A DNA stretch of 45,399 nt, from assembly GCA_046728425.1 (NCBI GenBank), contig JBKPEN010000003.1, positions 1 to 45,399 on the forward strand, given 5' to 3'. Shown piece by piece: positions 40,639 to 45,399 of this stretch. Source of the stretch: Thermoproteota archaeon. Its GTDB lineage: Archaea > Thermoproteota > Nitrososphaeria > Nitrososphaerales > Nitrososphaeraceae. The position numbers were made by a program, and so were the translations under genes. The first letter of the stretch is position 1, and every line of letters starts with the position of its first letter. The notes beneath the pieces were generated by a model, which did not search any database, was not told the DNA's origin, and saw only the letters and a program-made list of their open reading frames with translations.

Positions 40639-41220
40639 ATCATGGATTTATTATTGTTGGAATGGAATTCAGAACTAATTTCTCCTGAATATGAAATATG
40701 ACTATTATAAGCAACAAAAATGAGCTACATTAACCTAATAGTAAATCATTGACACTCATAGCGTACCCTTCATTAATTAATGTGTTATAGCGGTCAGCCT
40801 CTATAGCAATCTATTTGAATCGTGTACCGAAGTCTCCAACTTTCGGTACTATCAGTAGTGATATATCCCTTATAAGAGATTCGTCAAAATCTGCTCAAAC
40901 CTAGCAAGGACAGTCGGATGTGGCCTGTTCGGTAATTATACCTCTTCTAGTGTTTATTTTTGGAAAACGCGCGGCCAAATTACCAAACTTTTTTTAATAA
41001 ACCCCTCTGTCTAAAGCGGGAATTTTCTGTTAAAAGTTGGTTTCTATCTGGCCACCAAAAACACAATTCTGGGCGGTATGCCTCTCATCTCTAAATCGGC
41101 GAAAGCAGAAGGATTCCATTTTAGGGAACTTTTCCTAATTATCACCAATGAAGGGAAATAAGCAAAACAAGTAATATATTTTACTATCTTCAGTTATGAT
41201 ATATTTAAGTGCCCTAAGGA

Positions 41221-41245
41221 AGGGAAAAATATCAGATTATTCCCT
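41221..41245. promoter_or_regulatory. Imperfect inverted repeat, candidate operator upstream of paralog B
   Basis: AGGGAAAAAT-atcag-ATTATTCCCT (9/10 arms), 35 nt upstream of the promoter block; a related TTAGGGAA-ctt-TTCCTAA lies at 41121-41138. Confidence 0.45.
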
Positions 41246-41280
41246 AATCCCTTAACATTTCTCTCTTCCTGGTGAGTTTA

Positions 41281-41313
41281 GGTTAAATATCTTAAGAATC
41301 CCATATAAAGGAT
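41281..41313 (+). promoter_or_regulatory. Conserved promoter block, copy 2
   Basis: GGTTAAATATCTTAAGAATCCCATATAAAGGAT; TATA-like TTAAATA; 28/33 identical to the reverse complement of 36773-36805. Confidence 0.75.
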
Positions 41314-41338
41314 GATATGCTGACTAATTCCACGCAAT

Positions 41339-41920
41339 ATGATTGCTAAAGCGACAAAAACGACATTAATCATAGCCCTGTTTTCTCTCATGGGACTAAC
41401 TGTACCTACAGGATTATCACAAACAGTATTTGCACAGAGCAGCATTGCAGACGATGCCGTCAGCGGTACGCTCCTTGAAGGATTCTTTGACGGCGAGAGT
41501 AACGAAGAAGATGAAGCGGATAACTCAGAATCTCAAGCAACAGATCAAGAACAAGATCAAGAACAAGATCAAGAAGCAGACCAAGAACAAGATCAGGCCA
41601 TATCTCAGGATGAGACTGCTACACAAGGTAACAACGCAGAGGCAGGAGACAACAGCGGAACCATTGGACAAAATGTTGAGGGCAACACAGTAGAAGGTGC
41701 TGACTGCGGTGATGCTTTGGTTTGTTTTGGTAACGACATAGTAAATGACGCTGAACAAGACCAGGACGCAAGCCTTCACGACGTTCCTCAAGAGAACACC
41801 GCTACATTCGGAAATGATGAAGCAGATAATACAGGAGTACAACACCAAGATCAAGACCAAGACCAAGACGCAGACCAAAGAGCAGCAAATGTAGCCCTTA
41901 AGTTGGCCCTTGGGCTTTAA
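41339..41920 (+). CDS. Secreted acidic Q/D/N-repeat protein (paralog B)
   Basis: Signal peptide ending SQTVFA|Q; (DQEQ)n and (QD)n tracts; central Cys pair; QGNNAEAGDN and QENTATFGND repeats. Confidence 0.88.
   Translation: MIAKATKTTLIIALFSLMGLTVPTGLSQTVFAQSSIADDAVSGTLLEGFFDGESNEEDEADNSESQATDQEQDQEQDQEADQEQDQAISQDETATQGNNAEAGDNSGTIGQNVEGNTVEGADCGDALVCFGNDIVNDAEQDQDASLHDVPQENTATFGNDEADNTGVQHQDQDQDQDADQRAANVALKLALGL
41543..41596 (+). repeat. Intragenic 12-nt tandem repeat (GATCAAGAACAA) encoding DQEQ
   Basis: About 4.5 imperfect copies; a related (CAAGAC)n tract lies at about 41846-41878. Confidence 0.85.
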
Positions 41921-41983
41921 TGAGAAAGCAAAACCAGTGATAACAAATTAAAAGTAGCCATCCTTTGAAACCATCCTCTACCC

Positions 41984-41995
41984 TTTTTCTTTTTT
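41984..41995 (+). terminator. Putative archaeal oligo-T terminator
   Basis: TTTTTCTTTTTT about 65 nt after the stop of paralog B. Confidence 0.45.
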
Positions 41996-42499
41996 GGTTC
42001 TGTTATGCACGCTCATTCTTGTCCGGCTATGCAGTTATTCCACAAAAAGCATACATGATACAAACATTTTAGATCGAGTAGATATCCTTTTTAACCAAAG
42101 TCGGTAGGCGCCATTTTCTCTATCCAAGCCAGTGAGGTATTATTATCGGACATCCTACATTCAGGGATAACGCTGTAAAAATATATTTTTATCTTGATAC
42201 AGGGAAATTTAAAAAATTAAAGGTCTCTTTTTCGAATAGTAGCATAGTATCTGCTGCTCACATCTTCTTCGATTGTAGCACCAGTCAATTCAACACCGCG
42301 TCTCCATCCATGCTTGCAGGTCTACCTTCTATTCTGGTCTCCATGGCATAACTGCTATCGCAATATCGTAATTGTAAAAAAGTTATATTGAATTCTCGTA
42401 GAGAGATCCCAACCAAATTCTCTATGATTTTCAGTAGTACAATTATTGGTTACAGCTTAAATACAAGCCCCTCGTTTAGGATAATAACGTCATCTCTTC

Positions 42500-42940
42500 A
42501 TGAGAAAGAGCAATACAAGGAAGAAAGGCACCTTTTCAGGTAACTTCTTAGTTGTGGTGACCACTATATTATCAATTTTGATGATCGCGACATCATTATT
42601 AATACCAATGCGACCATCTCTTTCTGTAGAGGCATTCGCGTTACTTGGAGATGACTATTATGGTGATCAAAGCATATCTGACCTCGCTAAAGGTAGCTAC
42701 AACAATAATGAAGTAGTAAGTGAACAAGATCCTGGCGGTTTAATTGGTAATATGATATCACAACGACAAAGTCCACAAGCTTATGCTAAAAATGTCAATG
42801 CAGACAATAAAGTGATAATTGTGGAGAATTGTGAGGATGGCGAGGTAACAATAAATGATAACGATCAAATAATACAAACAAATACACAATCTTTCAACCA
42901 AGAAGCCACCAATGAAGAAGAAGAAGAAGAAGAAGATTAA
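42500..42940 (+). CDS. Secreted or membrane-anchored acidic N/Q-rich protein, possibly C-terminally truncated
   Basis: Basic N-terminus plus hydrophobic helix; INDNDQIIQTNTQSFNQEA; ends in (GAA)7 poly-Glu. Confidence 0.75.
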   Translation: MRKSNTRKKGTFSGNFLVVVTTILSILMIATSLLIPMRPSLSVEAFALLGDDYYGDQSISDLAKGSYNNNEVVSEQDPGGLIGNMISQRQSPQAYAKNVNADNKVIIVENCEDGEVTINDNDQIIQTNTQSFNQEATNEEEEEEED

Positions 42941-43244
42941 TTTGGCACGTTACATCTTATAGGACAGAAAATCTATAGAAGTTCTTATCTTAATTACAAT
43001 CAAATTCAGGGGAAGTAAAATCGCTTATTCTTGTACCAATTTAGCGCAATTACCGCATGCAATATCGCTTAAAGTGCTCTTCCTTTTCAGAAAGATAGAT
43101 ATCATTATGTTTCCCATCATTCGCGAATTTTTTAAAAAATATAACAACAACCTACTTGAAACAAGTGCACAAAGTTTTTCTCAAAACGCGATAGAATAGA
43201 GACCAATATTACTTTCTATATCGTAGAAATATAAAACGTAATTG

Positions 43245-44465
43245 CTACGGCACAAAAAGGCTTTTTCCTCTTTCTGCCATCGCCTGAGTATAGATGTCAA
43301 TGTGTTGCTTTGTGACAAATTCCCACTTAAGTTGCTGTTTAAAATTATTAACAGATTTTGAATACATATCGTACGACTCGCCAAGCTCACGGATTGCCTT
43401 GGCAAAGTACACAGAGTGCCTTTTTGCTGTAATTCCCAGCCTCATCTCTGCAAATTCTTTGAAGAAATCTAGATCAGACGCAACGAAAGGCAGCCCATGG
43501 GCTAAGGAATCAAACATTACTCCTGACCCAGATGTTATCTTGTACGGCAGCATCACTAGATCAGATGCGTAAAACAGCATCGAAAGTTCTTCGTCTGTGA
43601 GAAAACCTCTATGTAGGTCAATAATTTTATTATTATAGTCAGTACTATTACTGCTACTCCTCCCATGTCGAGCAGCGTAGACACTTTTTTCTTTATTGAA
43701 ATGGCCTTTAGAAGAATTCAATACCAACATCCAGCCATTTGGCATATTTACCTTACTTAGAATATCCCAGCCTTTAGTTGCTGTACTGAATCCAATGGCA
43801 ACTGCTATCATCTTATCCTGTGGTAGTGAGAACATCTCTCTTGCCTTAGCCTTTGGAACAGAGGGCAATATTGCAGGTTCTGCTCCGTGGTAAATGATAT
43901 GGCCACCTCCAATTCTACCTGCCATATACTTTGAAAAAGAAATACCTGCATAGCTTAGCTTCAACTTCTCTTTATTGATATCGTGAAATGCCTTGTAGTT
44001 GATTAAGTGTTTCCATATTTTTATAGCGGCCCGAGCGGGGATCCCAACTCTTCCTGTTCTTCCTTGACGCTTGACAATCATTGCTTGGCCCATCCATTCT
44101 CTCAAGGTATACGCTGAATGAAACGTTGTTACAATTGGAACCTTACATCTACTATAGAACGAATCTATAAAAGTGCGACTAGCCCGGGGATTTTTTGAAT
44201 CCAGTATCAGCCCATAAAGACCAGGCTCAAACTGCACATGAACGATATCGGGTTGAGATTCTTCTTCTACTATTTGCAGCAAAACATCTGAGTTTCTCTT
44301 GTTAGTTGGAGAGATCCCTGCAAATTCACCGTACCCATCTTCATTGCAGGCTACCTCTACCTGAATTCCGCCAGTTTTGCGTAACGCTTCCACCAGCTTA
44401 GACGTATAGCGTCCGACACCTCCTCTCATCGGAGGATATTCTGTTGAAACCATCAAAATCTTCAT
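43245..44465 (-). CDS. Glycosyltransferase family 4 (GT-B)
   Basis: MKILMVSTEYPPMRGGVGRY, PDIVHVQ, VTTFH, IYHG, KGWD, ASDLVMLPY...SGV...AHGLPFVASD; alternative start 44513. Confidence 0.92.
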   Translation of the reverse strand: MKILMVSTEYPPMRGGVGRYTSKLVEALRKTGGIQVEVACNEDGYGEFAGISPTNKRNSDVLLQIVEEESQPDIVHVQFEPGLYGLILDSKNPRASRTFIDSFYSRCKVPIVTTFHSAYTLREWMGQAMIVKRQGRTGRVGIPARAAIKIWKHLINYKAFHDINKEKLKLSYAGISFSKYMAGRIGGGHIIYHGAEPAILPSVPKAKAREMFSLPQDKMIAVAIGFSTATKGWDILSKVNMPNGWMLVLNSSKGHFNKEKSVYAARHGRSSSNSTDYNNKIIDLHRGFLTDEELSMLFYASDLVMLPYKITSGSGVMFDSLAHGLPFVASDLDFFKEFAEMRLGITAKRHSVYFAKAIRELGESYDMYSKSVNNFKQQLKWEFVTKQHIDIYTQAMAERGKSLFVP

Positions 44466-44520
44466 TCTTGTCTCCTTACTTTTCGGAGAGAGTGTGTGTA
44501 TATTATCTCTCACAACATTA

Positions 44521-45054
44521 TCAAGCTGTAAGGCTATTGGTATCTGTTGTCTTCTTAAGGAGACTCATCGGTAATCCCTCGGAAAGTTTGGTCAGTTCTT
44601 GTTTAAAAGCATCTATTTGCTTTTTCTTTTCTTCTGTCATGATATTGTTTGACTTAAGGATGGCTTCTATGGCGTCCAACTGCATTATGGTTACTGGAAT
44701 CATCAAATCCTTCTCCTTTCCTGGTGCTGCCCTGTACAAGTACGGATTTTCTTCTGTGGCTACCGCCTGCTCTATCCTAAATTGTCTTTTTCTATGTATG
44801 TAATGACCACCAAGTATGCTTACAATCGTAAATACTACCGTGGCGACAATCAGAAACACCCATAGGTTTGAGAAAAGGGTGTTGAAAGCTGGAATATTTT
44901 CAAGTAGCAGTCTGTACTGGATTGTTATCCAGTTTGAAATTGCTACAAATAGTGCAATGTATGCCGAGTAGAATTGTCGAGATTCCCAGAATCTTCGTCC
45001 TGCCCATTCTCCTAATCCCCTACGATCCATACGAGGATTTAATTTCTTAAACAT
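44521..45054 (-). CDS. Two-TM membrane protein of unknown function
   Basis: RRFWESR...two TM helices...HRKRQ...ENPY; lies between two GT4 genes on the same strand. Confidence 0.8.
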   Translation of the reverse strand: MFKKLNPRMDRRGLGEWAGRRFWESRQFYSAYIALFVAISNWITIQYRLLLENIPAFNTLFSNLWVFLIVATVVFTIVSILGGHYIHRKRQFRIEQAVATEENPYLYRAAPGKEKDLMIPVTIMQLDAIEAILKSNNIMTEEKKKQIDAFKQELTKLSEGLPMSLLKKTTDTNSLTA

Positions 45055-45180
45055 CTTGTCTGCTTCTGCTATCGTATATATATAAATATAGAGAGTTTAA
45101 AAATTAGATATTTTACTGTTAGGAGTACAAGAGTAGAGACCCTATAGAAAGAAAGAATTATCAGTCAGTCAACTAGTTTA

Positions 45181-45399
45181 TTAGCGGTCTGTCATTATCT
45201 TGGTATTTCTGCCTCTTTGGTTGCTATCTCTCACATTCCATTGAGAGATCAATTCTAAAAAGAATTCAAAATGCTTCTGTGCGACATTGCTCCACCGTAG
45301 ATTGGAACGAAATTGTTCGACTCTTGTCTTGAATTCGTCATAGGCCATTGCCAAATTCCCTATCGCTTGCTCAAATGACTGCATATCGCGGTTGCATAC
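45181..45399 (-). CDS. C-terminal end of a second GT4 glycosyltransferase (5'-truncated by the window edge)
   Basis: VCNRDMQSFEQAIGNLAMAYDEFKTRVEQFRSNLRWSNVAQKH aligns with TAKRHSVYFAKAIRELGESYDMYSKSVNNFKQQLKWEFVTKQH of 43245-44465. Confidence 0.75.
   Translation of the reverse strand, partial: VCNRDMQSFEQAIGNLAMAYDEFKTRVEQFRSNLRWSNVAQKHFEFFLELISQWNVRDSNQRGRNTKIMTDR

Noticed and set aside
40824-40849. GTACCGAA-N10-TTCGGTAC hairpin in the divergent intergenic region
   Set aside because: Single 8-bp inverted repeat with no second copy or adjoining T-tract; insufficient support
1-45399. CRISPR array, cas genes, rRNA, intact transposase or prophage genes
   Set aside because: No regularly spaced repeat-spacer array and no recognisable motifs for these were seen

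Overview
Chromosomal window from an ammonia-oxidising archaeon, probably a soil Nitrososphaera-like member of Nitrososphaeria/Thaumarchaeota. The assignment is inferred from archaeal TFBs, Sec61beta, aIF1, cofC/cofD and lineage-typical hypothetical proteins. Most of 1-15 kb and 19.6-36 kb is housekeeping or regulatory: RNase HI, an M50 protease, a PDZ protein, glnA, three TFB paralogs, a PurD-like ligase, a Hanks-type kinase, a cyclic amidohydrolase, rpiA, F420 genes and an NOL1/NOP2 methyltransferase. Several zinc-finger microproteins here are missing from, or mis-started in, the ORF track. Two accessory regions stand out. (1) A decayed ~4.1 kb island integrated at the 3' end of tRNA-Ala(CGC) has 19-bp direct repeats and a frameshifted integrase stub, and carries GC-rich bacterial-type genes including a hydroxynitrile-lyase-like cupin. 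(2) A ~9 kb cell-surface locus (36.3-45.4 kb) encodes secreted acidic Q/N/D-rich proteins. Two of these are outward-facing paralogs sharing a 33-bp promoter block, a signal-peptide end and a Q-x-N-x-A-x-x-G motif. They sit beside a PKD protein and two GT4 glycosyltransferases, making this the best candidate for an undescribed system (an archaeal fibre/amyloid plus polysaccharide matrix). All family assignments come from motif recognition by eye; no database search was run.
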